A stretch of 57,465 nt of DNA from a virus (taxonomy: Duplodnaviria; Caudoviricetes): IMG/VR virus record IMGVR_UViG_3300013132_000059, positions 1-57,465 of that record. One strand, 5' to 3'. Both the position numbers and the translations under genes were made by a program. The first letter of the stretch is position 1. The number at the start of each line of letters is the position of its first letter. The notes under the pieces are model-generated. The model was not told the origin of the DNA, made no database searches, and was given only the letters and a program-made list of their open reading frames with translations. Positions 1-8,864 of the stretch are shown piece after piece.

Positions 1-1330
1 CAGATAAATTTGGAAAGGTGGTGTAAAAATTTTTATTTCGTCGTTGATCATATTGTAAGTAAAATGATTTAAAATCCTTTTCTGCTTTGATTTTATCAAA
101 ATTCTCACCGTGAGGAATTTCAATTATGTTTAGATAATCAATCAATCTTTCAATATGATTCTTTTCAAATTCGCTTAACATGTTCTTTTCTTCAAAGCCT
201 TGACTCCACTCTATAAGTTTTTGTTTATAGTTTTCCTTAATTTTATTTGGTAATACTATTGGTCCTTGAAAACTAGGAAATCTCATAATGTTTAAACTAA
301 AAGATATGGATTGAACACCATATTGTTTTTTCCACGCTATTATCTGGCTTAAAAAGTCTGTCAAACTGTCTAAACATAAAGCATTAATTGTACACATAAC
401 ATTCAAACTTCGTAATTTTTTAGATTCTAACAAAAAACACATGTTAGATTTCCAATCCTCCCAATTTAATCCATCTCTTATATATTCAGATTGTTTTCCA
501 AAAGATTCATTACTAGTATACAAAGTTAAAGAAATTCCTTCTGTAGAAGATAACATTTTTTCAAGAACTGATACGTCAAACCCTAGGTTACTGTTTATGG
601 CTAGTCTAGTTTTACTTTGACCTTTATGTTCTTTAAACCATTCAAATAACTTCCAAGTGTGACCACTCATTAAAGGTTCACCACCTGTAATTCTTAATTC
701 AGTTAAAGTTCTATGTAAATCACTTTCCCACCATTTAAAAAATGCTTCAATATATGGATTAGTATCATTATAATCATATAATTGATCTAATTCGTGTATA
801 TGAGTAAAATGCCCACGACCATCTGAAGTTAAATTAATATATGGACCATTTTTTTTAATATCTTTAACCCAAGTTGTACTGAATGCTGGATTGCAATAAC
901 TACAAGCAAATTGACATGTGCGATCAAAAGCAATTTCTAAAGTTCGCAGATCTACATCAGCATCAATTGGGGTTTGAGTTGCTATGTATAATTCCTCATC
1001 TGTATACGTCATACTTTTAAAAGGTCTATCACTAATAGCATCCACACCCATATCTTCTATTTTCCAACAATAATCACATCCTGGTGGACGTTCACCTGAT
1101 AACATCATCTTACGGTCTGCTTTTTTTTGTGGAGTATTATGTAATGTTTTATAATTTTCTTTAACACTTTCAACACTAACATAATGTGCTGGTGGATGAT
1201 GACAACTTGTAGTTCTACCGGATCCTAACCAAATTGTAGCATTATACCATTTAGCTCCACAAAAACTGGCGCTTATGGGGTCCAGCACTCTTTTTTTATA
1301 TTCTAAATTAGTTTCGTTATCTTTTTTCAT
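1..1330 (-). CDS. Twitch/SPASM-domain radical SAM protein (3' end beyond window; missing from ORF track)
   Basis: Manual translation from ATG at 1330: MKKDNETNLEYKKRVLDPISASFCGAKW...SCHH...CDYCW (N-terminal Cys cluster), then CQFACSYC (CxxxCxxC) and ITGGEP. The frame stays open to position 1. Confidence 0.9.
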   Translation of the reverse strand, partial: MKKDNETNLEYKKRVLDPISASFCGAKWYNATIWLGSGRTTSCHHPPAHYVSVESVKENYKTLHNTPQKKADRKMMLSGERPPGCDYCWKIEDMGVDAISDRPFKSMTYTDEELYIATQTPIDADVDLRTLEIAFDRTCQFACSYCNPAFSTTWVKDIKKNGPYINLTSDGRGHFTHIHELDQLYDYNDTNPYIEAFFKWWESDLHRTLTELRITGGEPLMSGHTWKLFEWFKEHKGQSKTRLAINSNLGFDVSVLEKMLSSTEGISLTLYTSNESFGKQSEYIRDGLNWEDWKSNMCFLLESKKLRSLNVMCTINALCLDSLTDFLSQIIAWKKQYGVQSISFSLNIMRFPSFQGPIVLPNKIKENYKQKLIEWSQGFEEKNMLSEFEKNHIERLIDYLNIIEIPHGENFDKIKAEKDFKSFYLQYDQRRNKNFYTTFPNLS

Positions 1331-2245
1331 TTAATCAATTTCTATTTTATCAACTCTATTATGCGGTTTATAAACTTTCTTAAAAAAGTTCGACTGCTCT
1401 TTATTAAATGTAACAATATCTAAATCTAAATTGTTATGCAATTCTTTAGCATAAAAATCTAATTTTTCGTTTACTTTTACTAAATCATAACTTTTTATAT
1501 GTTCATCCCAGTATTCAGTAAGATAATCAAAATCTCTTACATTACGATAGTCCCACTCTGTTAGATTAGTCATATAACAACCTTCTCGTGCACCTAACAT
1601 TGCCCATATACCATTAGATACATCAGCACCAATATTACACCAAATAAGAAGTCTATGAAGATTTTTCCAATGTATACCTTCTTTTACAGTAGTTTTAGTT
1701 AGTTTAACACCACGATCTAGACTCATTTTGACGCCTTCGCGAAATCCAGCACGCCATGCTTGAAAAGGTGTGGCATTGTTATACACATCACTATAACAGT
1801 CGTTCATCTGTATATATTTATTATCCCAACAAAAATCAACTTGACCTATTTTATCTTTTGGATCACTGTTTTCATGTGTACGCATATCCATGACGAATTC
1901 TACAGTCCAACATTTCAATCCGCCGTTACCGTACATTAGGCCATTTATAATATTATACCCACACCAACTGATTACACTATTTTCTAGGGTAGGATATTTT
2001 TCCATATCTATTTCTACATTTAGAAATTCTGGTTTAATAATATTATCACCATCTACTGTAGTAAAACGGGGTGTCTCACTTAACTTAGCACAGGCTTTAT
2101 GTGCTGCATCACTGCCTTTTACTCCATGCACACGTTTAGCCCAAGGTACTTTGGTTAATAGGTCAGCATAATTTTTCTCAGCATTTGGCTCGTCATAACT
2201 GAGATAAATGATATCATAGTCAATAGGTCTAAAAATTTTACTCAT
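1331..2245 (-). CDS. Glycosyltransferase-like protein (GT-A fold)
   Basis: DIIYLSYDEP N-terminal strand, AHKACA, VDGD (DxD) motif, and AWRAGFREG, as in phage GT2-like proteins. Confidence 0.7.
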   Translation of the reverse strand: MSKIFRPIDYDIIYLSYDEPNAEKNYADLLTKVPWAKRVHGVKGSDAAHKACAKLSETPRFTTVDGDNIIKPEFLNVEIDMEKYPTLENSVISWCGYNIINGLMYGNGGLKCWTVEFVMDMRTHENSDPKDKIGQVDFCWDNKYIQMNDCYSDVYNNATPFQAWRAGFREGVKMSLDRGVKLTKTTVKEGIHWKNLHRLLIWCNIGADVSNGIWAMLGAREGCYMTNLTEWDYRNVRDFDYLTEYWDEHIKSYDLVKVNEKLDFYAKELHNNLDLDIVTFNKEQSNFFKKVYKPHNRVDKIEID

Positions 2246-2910
2246 AGTTTTGTTTTAATATATTGGTATTTTGAAAATAATTTACGTGAATAGATACTTA
2301 TTTTAGTTTCATTATAATCTAAATCATCAAAAGGTAAAATATAATGAAAATTAGTGATTAATTCTTTAAGAGGGATTCTCATAATTTTTAATAAAATATT
2401 AGGATCATTAAATGCAGTTACATATAATTCATGAACATTATCAAAATAAAGTTTTCTTTTTCCTAACTTGTAGGCAAGATCATTATTAATATAAAATTTC
2501 CAACATGTATCTGTATAGTCTTGTATTACTGTTATATCATTAGTTGGATCGTAAACTAAAGGAATACTAGTATCTATTTTAAAAGGATATTGATAAATGA
2601 CTTCATGTATAGATTGTAATACATCCTCCTCCTCATCTATATGAATTAATACAAATTCTTTTTCATTTGGGCTGAATACGACCTTATATTCGTGCATCGG
2701 ATGTTTACCGTCTATAATACTATTAATTTCATCGACACTAAGGCTTATATAAGGCAGATCTAACTCATTATTTTGATTTGATATAGCCTTAATACTGCCA
2801 TCAGTATCGTAAAAGATATATTGATCTAATACAGGATTAGATATTTTATTTTGATATTCAGTTAGAACTTTTTCTTCGATATCCCATACTACAGTTAATA
2901 CTTCACTCAT
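2242..2910 (-). CDS. Hypothetical protein in the glycosyltransferase cluster
   Basis: 222-aa ORF abutting or overlapping both neighbours. No motif recognised. Confidence 0.7.
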   Translation of the reverse strand: MSEVLTVVWDIEEKVLTEYQNKISNPVLDQYIFYDTDGSIKAISNQNNELDLPYISLSVDEINSIIDGKHPMHEYKVVFSPNEKEFVLIHIDEEEDVLQSIHEVIYQYPFKIDTSIPLVYDPTNDITVIQDYTDTCWKFYINNDLAYKLGKRKLYFDNVHELYVTAFNDPNILLKIMRIPLKELITNFHYILPFDDLDYNETKISIYSRKLFSKYQYIKTKL

Positions 2911-3753
2911 TTAGTTCAATCCTAAGTCTTTTTCTAATTGGCTGATTATATATTCATTTAAAAAACTGTATTCTGTATAATGAAAAACACCAGTTTGCTG
3001 ATAGTTACCTATTTTTAAATGACAGTCTTCATTAAAATATACACCTACGCTGTCTTGCCAAGATTCTGTTGGATACTCCCAATTTTGTATCATTGACTTC
3101 ATATGGGTAAATGTAATTATAGAATTTTTACTGCTTGTTTCTATTTCACAATCCAAAATTTTGGCTACTAAACTTGATGTGACGTCCATACTTGGAGTTT
3201 TTGGATAGTTATTTTTTACAAATCTACCATAAAATAATTCCCAATTTTTAGTTATATCCTCTATCCATTTAAAATATTCTTTAGCATATTCAGTTTTTTT
3301 AAAATAGCATAAACCAAAATAATAATTAGGTAAATCATTAGAGTCAAATGCTTTTCTATAATATCTACCTGTTGCAATTTTTCCTCTATAATCCTTAACT
3401 TCACTAGTAAAATAAGCATCATATTTTTTTAAATAATCCCACCAGTGGGTTAAGTCAGAAAGCACAATCATATCAGAATCTAGAATAATAGTTTCATCGT
3501 ATGGGCTACAATGATATAACTTCCAACGATCTTCAACCTTCAATATTGTTTGAGCATTATTTTTCCAAGGAATATCTATAATATTATCAAAAATTAAATT
3601 ATATTTTTTTGGTAAATCATTATCTGTTACTAAACTAATATTTGCATTAGGCATTTGTTTTTTAATACTCAATGCCAATACATATGCACATTTTGTATAC
3701 TTTTTTAACTTAGCATCAGTTGCATATATTAAAAAACCTTTAGACATACTCAA
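2911..3753 (-). CDS. GT8-like glycosyltransferase
   Basis: KGFLIYA...LALSIK...LVTD, then SPYDETIILDSD (DxD) and a late FTHMK motif. Confidence 0.75.
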   Translation of the reverse strand: MSMSKGFLIYATDAKLKKYTKCAYVLALSIKKQMPNANISLVTDNDLPKKYNLIFDNIIDIPWKNNAQTILKVEDRWKLYHCSPYDETIILDSDMIVLSDLTHWWDYLKKYDAYFTSEVKDYRGKIATGRYYRKAFDSNDLPNYYFGLCYFKKTEYAKEYFKWIEDITKNWELFYGRFVKNNYPKTPSMDVTSSLVAKILDCEIETSSKNSIITFTHMKSMIQNWEYPTESWQDSVGVYFNEDCHLKIGNYQQTGVFHYTEYSFLNEYIISQLEKDLGLN

Positions 3754-5656
3754 CTTCCTTAAAAATTCTAGATAAACTAAACTTATTCATAACATGAATA
3801 TTTAAATTTTTAGTTTTTAATAAAGTATATTCTCCATTATATTTTTCTTTTTCAATTAGAAATTTCATTGAAGCATCTTTATATTCAATAAGTATGTCTC
3901 GATCAGTAACATAATACAATTTACTAGGTAAAGGATGTGCCCAATTACCTTCCTGATAACCATTCATAACATGAATTGCTATACTAAAAGCAAAGTCATT
4001 CCTATATATACTATTTTGAATTTGGTAGACATATCTATAATAATCCCAATTATCTTGAATATGACCTAAATAATTGAAAAATATTTCTGTATTTTTATTT
4101 TTTCTAAAAAAGAACACTGTGGCCCAATAAAAATCAATGCTTTTATCACTAAGAGTATGTACTCTTGGATCGTAACGATAACCTGATAAATCCAAAGCCT
4201 CTTTGAAAATTAAAAAATCATGAGATTGATTCCAACAATAGTTTAATGTATTATTGTTAATAAAATAATCGCAATCAATAACTAAAGTTTCATCAAAAGG
4301 ACTAAGTTCAAAACTTTTTATTCTAATATCATTCTTAAATTTTAAACGCTTATTAGATAGCGTACCATCAAAATATCTTCTGTATTGATTACTTGGATTG
4401 TAGACAACATGTCTTTCTTTTGTATCTTCCCAAATATCATCCCTAATTTTATCATCATTCAGAGTAGAATCATAATTAACTTTACTCATCCATAAAACAC
4501 GATCGTGCAGTACAATATTACCTATGCTAAATTTTACTAAATTAAGTAAGTCTTTAACATCATTAAGGACAATATCATATTTGTCTATACTAAATTCATC
4601 TTGTTCTTTATAATCAGTATGACATATATAAAGTGTGTTGTCATACCATACATGTTGACCTTTTAAATAAGGTAAATTTGGGTACCATTTGTCTATATCA
4701 ATACCTTCATACACTCTTTCTAAATCTTCCATATTATACCAAACTGATACTAGTTCATTATCTAACCCAATACTAGTATTGGCTTGCCAAATAGTTCTAT
4801 TATGTATTATTAGATCGCCTTTATTATACTTTTCTATTTGTTCTAATTCATAAACATTTTCAACTAATACAATATATTTGTTTTTGCTAAAAGTATCTTG
4901 TTCAGTATATCCAAGTTCACAACGATATAGAGTATTTTCGTACCATACATGTTGTCCTTTAAGGTAAGGTAAATTTGGATACCATTTGTCTATATCGATG
5001 CCTACATACACTGGATCAAAATTTTCAGATACAAAATGTAAAACTTCTTCTTCATTTTTATTCTTATTTGCTTGCCATAATGTTCTATTGTAAAGAATTA
5101 TATCTCCTGAAATATAAGATGGCTCATCATCATAATCTAATACTTTTTCTATTAGTACGTCGTATTTGTCTATACTAAATTCATCTTGTTCTTCATAATC
5201 AGTATGGCACTTGTATAGTATGTTTTCATACCAAACATGTTGACCAGCAAGATAAGGTAAATTTGGGTACCATTTGTCTATATCAATGCCTACATACACT
5301 GGATCAAACTTAGACTTATCAAATACTTTTTTATAAATTTTATTAATAATATTTACGGTTTCATGACCATCTTTTATTTTGCGCCATATAGTTCCATTGT
5401 GAAATGCTAAACTTCCCACACCATAATGTTTGTTGCTTTGCCAATTTTCAACAGTACTTTCATGAACGATTTTTATGACCATATCAAAAACTTTTTTGTA
5501 ATCTGGAAATTTATGATATAGCCAATCAGCACTATCTGTTATAATAGCCACTGGTAAGTTAAGATGATTTTTAGCACGTAGGGCAGCATGATATGCTATT
5601 TCAACATAATCAATTTGTTCATTGTTCAAAGCATAAATTAGAATGCCTTGTTTCAT
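3740..5656 (-). CDS. GT8-like glycosyltransferase with an inserted tandem array of CBM5/12-like aromatic repeats
   Basis: N-terminal GILIYA...IITD and C-terminal SPFDETLVIDCD...YRNDFAFSIA...HVMNKFSL flank about 350 aa of W-x4-Y-x2-G-x2-V-x-Y repeats. Confidence 0.75.
   Translation of the reverse strand: MKQGILIYALNNEQIDYVEIAYHAALRAKNHLNLPVAIITDSADWLYHKFPDYKKVFDMVIKIVHESTVENWQSNKHYGVGSLAFHNGTIWRKIKDGHETVNIINKIYKKVFDKSKFDPVYVGIDIDKWYPNLPYLAGQHVWYENILYKCHTDYEEQDEFSIDKYDVLIEKVLDYDDEPSYISGDIILYNRTLWQANKNKNEEEVLHFVSENFDPVYVGIDIDKWYPNLPYLKGQHVWYENTLYRCELGYTEQDTFSKNKYIVLVENVYELEQIEKYNKGDLIIHNRTIWQANTSIGLDNELVSVWYNMEDLERVYEGIDIDKWYPNLPYLKGQHVWYDNTLYICHTDYKEQDEFSIDKYDIVLNDVKDLLNLVKFSIGNIVLHDRVLWMSKVNYDSTLNDDKIRDDIWEDTKERHVVYNPSNQYRRYFDGTLSNKRLKFKNDIRIKSFELSPFDETLVIDCDYFINNNTLNYCWNQSHDFLIFKEALDLSGYRYDPRVHTLSDKSIDFYWATVFFFRKNKNTEIFFNYLGHIQDNWDYYRYVYQIQNSIYRNDFAFSIAIHVMNGYQEGNWAHPLPSKLYYVTDRDILIEYKDASMKFLIEKEKYNGEYTLLKTKNLNIHVMNKFSLSRIFKEVEYV
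4480..5320 (-). repeat. Intragenic tandem domain triplication (~300-bp period)
   Basis: GIDIDKWYPNLPYLxGQHVWYxNxLY occurs three times. DNA tttgggtaccatttgtctatatc recurs near 4677 and 5262, with a variant near 4974. Confidence 0.9.
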
Positions 5657-6000
5657 TTAACAAGTGCCTCTACATTTCTATTTTTCTTAAGTAATTGATA
5701 ATCATTATAGTATGAATTCGAAGCAATAAAATACTGATCGATAATATTATCTAAAAATATTTTTAAATTATCTACTCTAATAGGTAGATCATTGTCATCA
5801 ATTACAGTTGTTTCTTGCTCATTGCCAAGATCAATAAGAACTTTAATAAAAGTAATTAAATCCTTAGTAATTTTAAAAGTTCCACCATTGTGGTAATACA
5901 TACAATCAGTATAGTATTTTTCTTTTAAACTTCTTTTTTGATTATTAAGAGTTACCATAAAATTGGCGAACTCTAGTGCTTTTTCAAGGCGCTCGTCCAT
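5653..6000 (-). CDS. Hypothetical protein, first gene of the GT cluster (possible fibre assembly factor)
   Basis: 115-aa ORF with an AGGAG RBS at 6006-6010 on the minus strand. Confidence 0.7.
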   Translation of the reverse strand: MDERLEKALEFANFMVTLNNQKRSLKEKYYTDCMYYHNGGTFKITKDLITFIKVLIDLGNEQETTVIDDNDLPIRVDNLKIFLDNIIDQYFIASNSYYNDYQLLKKNRNVEALVK

Positions 6001-6057
6001 ATAATCTCCTACAGTTTAATTAATTATCTGTATGATTAGGACGAACTTATTTTTTTT

Positions 6058-6996
6058 TTACATTGCTACAGCAGTTATTGTTGGCGCTGCTACTGATACA
6101 TAACTTCCTGTTGCTCTAAAAGATCCCACACTGCTAGTAGTAGTTCCATCAACTGCATCGTCTATAGTTCTTGAACCTGCTGGTTCTAGAGGAGTATCAT
6201 CTCTAAACATAATGTTAATGATCATTTCACCTGGTGTTGCAGTTGTTCTTGCTGTTACATTAAAATCATTGCCAGAATATAGTCCAAAATCAATAACTTC
6301 ATAAATCTTTTGTGCAGTAGTGGTTAATTGATAATACCCACCTACATATGTTGCAGCAGTATATGATGGTGCTGTAGAAGTAGGTGCAGTGGTTGCATTC
6401 GCCCCTATTCTTACACCTTTAGCACCAATAAAATCAAATATTGCTTTCCATCTTCCGCCCTTGGTGACACTACTAGAATTTCCGCTATGGCGTGGTACTA
6501 TCCTTATTTCACCACCAGTATTGAAAAAATATCTAGCAGCCGCAGCACTACCAAAATTTACTGTAACCACGTGTGTTCTATCACCGTTCCAGTTTGAAAT
6601 GGCTGATGTAACAACGTCAAGTAGCCAAGTACTTTGGGCAGTAACCACTGGACTTGTACCTTCTTGTCCTACTCCAAAAATAGTTAAACGTGTATTGGTT
6701 AAGTTAGTGATCTGTGAGTTATAAGTCTGCCAATCACTAGCCAATATTGTTCCACCTACACTAACTGATGGCGCACTACTTGCTGCATTAGTTTGATGAA
6801 AAGATATTTTATCAATATCTGTTTTAAGATTAACCATGTGTTGTGCAGTAATTAAATTTCCTGCACTAACTTGAGCACTTGTTACAGTTTGACCATATCC
6901 TCTGTCACCTGATCCTACTCCTAAAGTATTCTGTACAGAGGATTGTATTCCATTATAATCTGCTGCTAAAATTAATGAATTTTGTGCTATTGTCAT
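6058..6996 (-). CDS. Virion structural, tail-fibre-associated protein
   Basis: Ser/Thr/Gly-rich, repeated I-x-A-x-D/H N-terminal motifs, ARYFFNTGGEI motif, located after the fibre genes. Confidence 0.6.
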   Translation of the reverse strand: MTIAQNSLILAADYNGIQSSVQNTLGVGSGDRGYGQTVTSAQVSAGNLITAQHMVNLKTDIDKISFHQTNAASSAPSVSVGGTILASDWQTYNSQITNLTNTRLTIFGVGQEGTSPVVTAQSTWLLDVVTSAISNWNGDRTHVVTVNFGSAAAARYFFNTGGEIRIVPRHSGNSSSVTKGGRWKAIFDFIGAKGVRIGANATTAPTSTAPSYTAATYVGGYYQLTTTAQKIYEVIDFGLYSGNDFNVTARTTATPGEMIINIMFRDDTPLEPAGSRTIDDAVDGTTTSSVGSFRATGSYVSVAAPTITAVAM

Positions 6997-7005
6997 AACT
7001 GTTCC

Positions 7006-8835
7006 TTATAACACCACACATTCTACTAAATGAATGCCAATATCTATATTAGTTTCTAATGCTATTGCAAATACATCTAAGCTAGTTTGTCCTTTAATAG
7101 CAGTTCCTTCACTGTGTGCTACTAACTTATCACCTTTATTAATAGGGCATACAACTTTGACTGGTACTCGACCTTTCAAAGCAACTGCTGTACCATTTTC
7201 ACATTTATCATTCATTAAAAATGCAGGATCTTCACTTACAACACCAATAGCCCTTTGTCCAATATTAGAGGAAGTTACCTCTTTTTCCCCACCAACTACT
7301 AATACAGTACCTACTTCATAGTCCTTATCAGCAACAAATTTTTCTGCCAAGTCAGCATATGCTGCTCTTGATGATTGACCTGTAAAGAACTGTGTGGTTA
7401 AAGTATTTGTATTAGGATTATATGTAAGTCCTGTAGCATCAATTTTTAAATCTTGATATCCTGAACTACCACTTGTGAATGTTAAATAATGAGTTGCATC
7501 TACTATATTAGCAGTCAATACGCTGATTCTATCAGCATCACCCGCATTAACTAAACTTGTAATAGGTACCCAATCTAATAATCCTGAACTACTAACGCTC
7601 AAGATTTCATTTACATTGCCAATACTTAAAAAAGATGTACTATTTGGACTTGATTGATATGGTATTGCGTTAGACGTCCCACCGTTTAAATTAGTTGTTC
7701 TTGAAGATAACCCTATAAATTGAGTAGCTGTCAATGCTCCGTTGCTATCTCTTGCTGCAACAGTATTAGCATCTGCTGCTACACTACCTTCTCTATAAGT
7801 TCCATTAACATTTAAATATTCTGCATTAAGGGCAGTTCCCCTTAAAGTTCCATAAAAATCTAATGCATATACACTATTAAATTTTAAATCACTTCGACCT
7901 ATATTGCTTATTAAATTTGACCCAGGTAATATATCATTACCTTGTAACTTCATAGGGGTTTTATCTGTGGCTCCTTGATCTGCTGTAACTCTTGTTAAGA
8001 AATTTATAATACCATCAAGTTTTATAGACCTAAAAGAAACATCACCATTATTATTGATAAATGTTTGTAGTGTATCTTGAGATCCCAATGTAAATCCATT
8101 ATTACTAAAACTTACTGTACCAGTAAATTCAGGGCTATTAGATAAAACAAAATCAGAAGCAGTCTTACCACTAAGTTTTAAACTATTACTGCTAGTGCCC
8201 CAAAATCTGTAATCAGAACTTGTAACACCATAATTAATATCAGAACTTGACGTAATCATTGTGTCTACAAGAGTGATACCCTTTTTAATTACTTTAAACC
8301 CATCAATAATTCCGTCTGGTAATATAAATTCTGCACTGCTTGTAACAAAAATAGTTTTATTATTGACTAAGGCTTTAACAATAGCGTGTACAGTACCATT
8401 TGTATCAGTTATGCTAACACTCTTAAGTTCTGTAGTGCCTGCATTTTCAACAGCCTGTGGACCTACTAAAATAAAACTAGCACCACCCCAAGCATAAAGT
8501 TGGTTAGTTTCTGTATTAAACCAAAAGTCACCAGTAGTCAATCCGCTAGGTTCATTACCACCTACCTCTGCACCACCAGTAGTTCTAAACTTTGTTCCGT
8601 CGTAAAATTTTAATTTTTTATTACCGCTATCGTACCAAATTTGACCTGATATTCTACGGGGTGGCTCACTAGTACTGGCAAAATTTTCCAGTAAATGAAC
8701 CATGTTTTCATTTTGTACCTCGCCATAACCGGCATAATTCCTACCGATTAATTTGATATCTAAGGTATTATCAACGGTACCATCTTCAACTGTAGTAAGA
8801 ATTGTACCATTGTACCTATTAATATTGTATGGCAT
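7006..8835 (-). CDS. Tail fibre-like protein, paralog 3, with a C-terminal peptidase G2/chaperone-like domain
   Basis: Shared N-terminal GxNY.GYGE..NEN..HLLENFA...GQIWYD domain. C-terminus YADLAEKF...GVVS...ALKGRVPVKV...KGD.L. Confidence 0.7.
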   Translation of the reverse strand: MPYNINRYNGTILTTVEDGTVDNTLDIKLIGRNYAGYGEVQNENMVHLLENFASTSEPPRRISGQIWYDSGNKKLKFYDGTKFRTTGGAEVGGNEPSGLTTGDFWFNTETNQLYAWGGASFILVGPQAVENAGTTELKSVSITDTNGTVHAIVKALVNNKTIFVTSSAEFILPDGIIDGFKVIKKGITLVDTMITSSSDINYGVTSSDYRFWGTSSNSLKLSGKTASDFVLSNSPEFTGTVSFSNNGFTLGSQDTLQTFINNNGDVSFRSIKLDGIINFLTRVTADQGATDKTPMKLQGNDILPGSNLISNIGRSDLKFNSVYALDFYGTLRGTALNAEYLNVNGTYREGSVAADANTVAARDSNGALTATQFIGLSSRTTNLNGGTSNAIPYQSSPNSTSFLSIGNVNEILSVSSSGLLDWVPITSLVNAGDADRISVLTANIVDATHYLTFTSGSSGYQDLKIDATGLTYNPNTNTLTTQFFTGQSSRAAYADLAEKFVADKDYEVGTVLVVGGEKEVTSSNIGQRAIGVVSEDPAFLMNDKCENGTAVALKGRVPVKVVCPINKGDKLVAHSEGTAIKGQTSLDVFAIALETNIDIGIHLVECVVL

Positions 8836-8853
8836 TACTAGACCCCTTTGAAA

Positions 8854-8859
8854 TATTTA
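8854..8859 (-). promoter_or_regulatory. Late promoter core TAAATA
   Basis: In the short gap upstream of the 609-aa fibre gene, followed by an AGGGG RBS-like run. Confidence 0.6.
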
Positions 8860-8864
8860 TCAAT

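Noticed and set aside
4480-5320. Near-identical repeats as a DGR template/variable pair or CRISPR array
   Set aside because: They are in-frame domain duplications inside one ORF. There are no unique spacers, and no reverse transcriptase or cas gene in the window.
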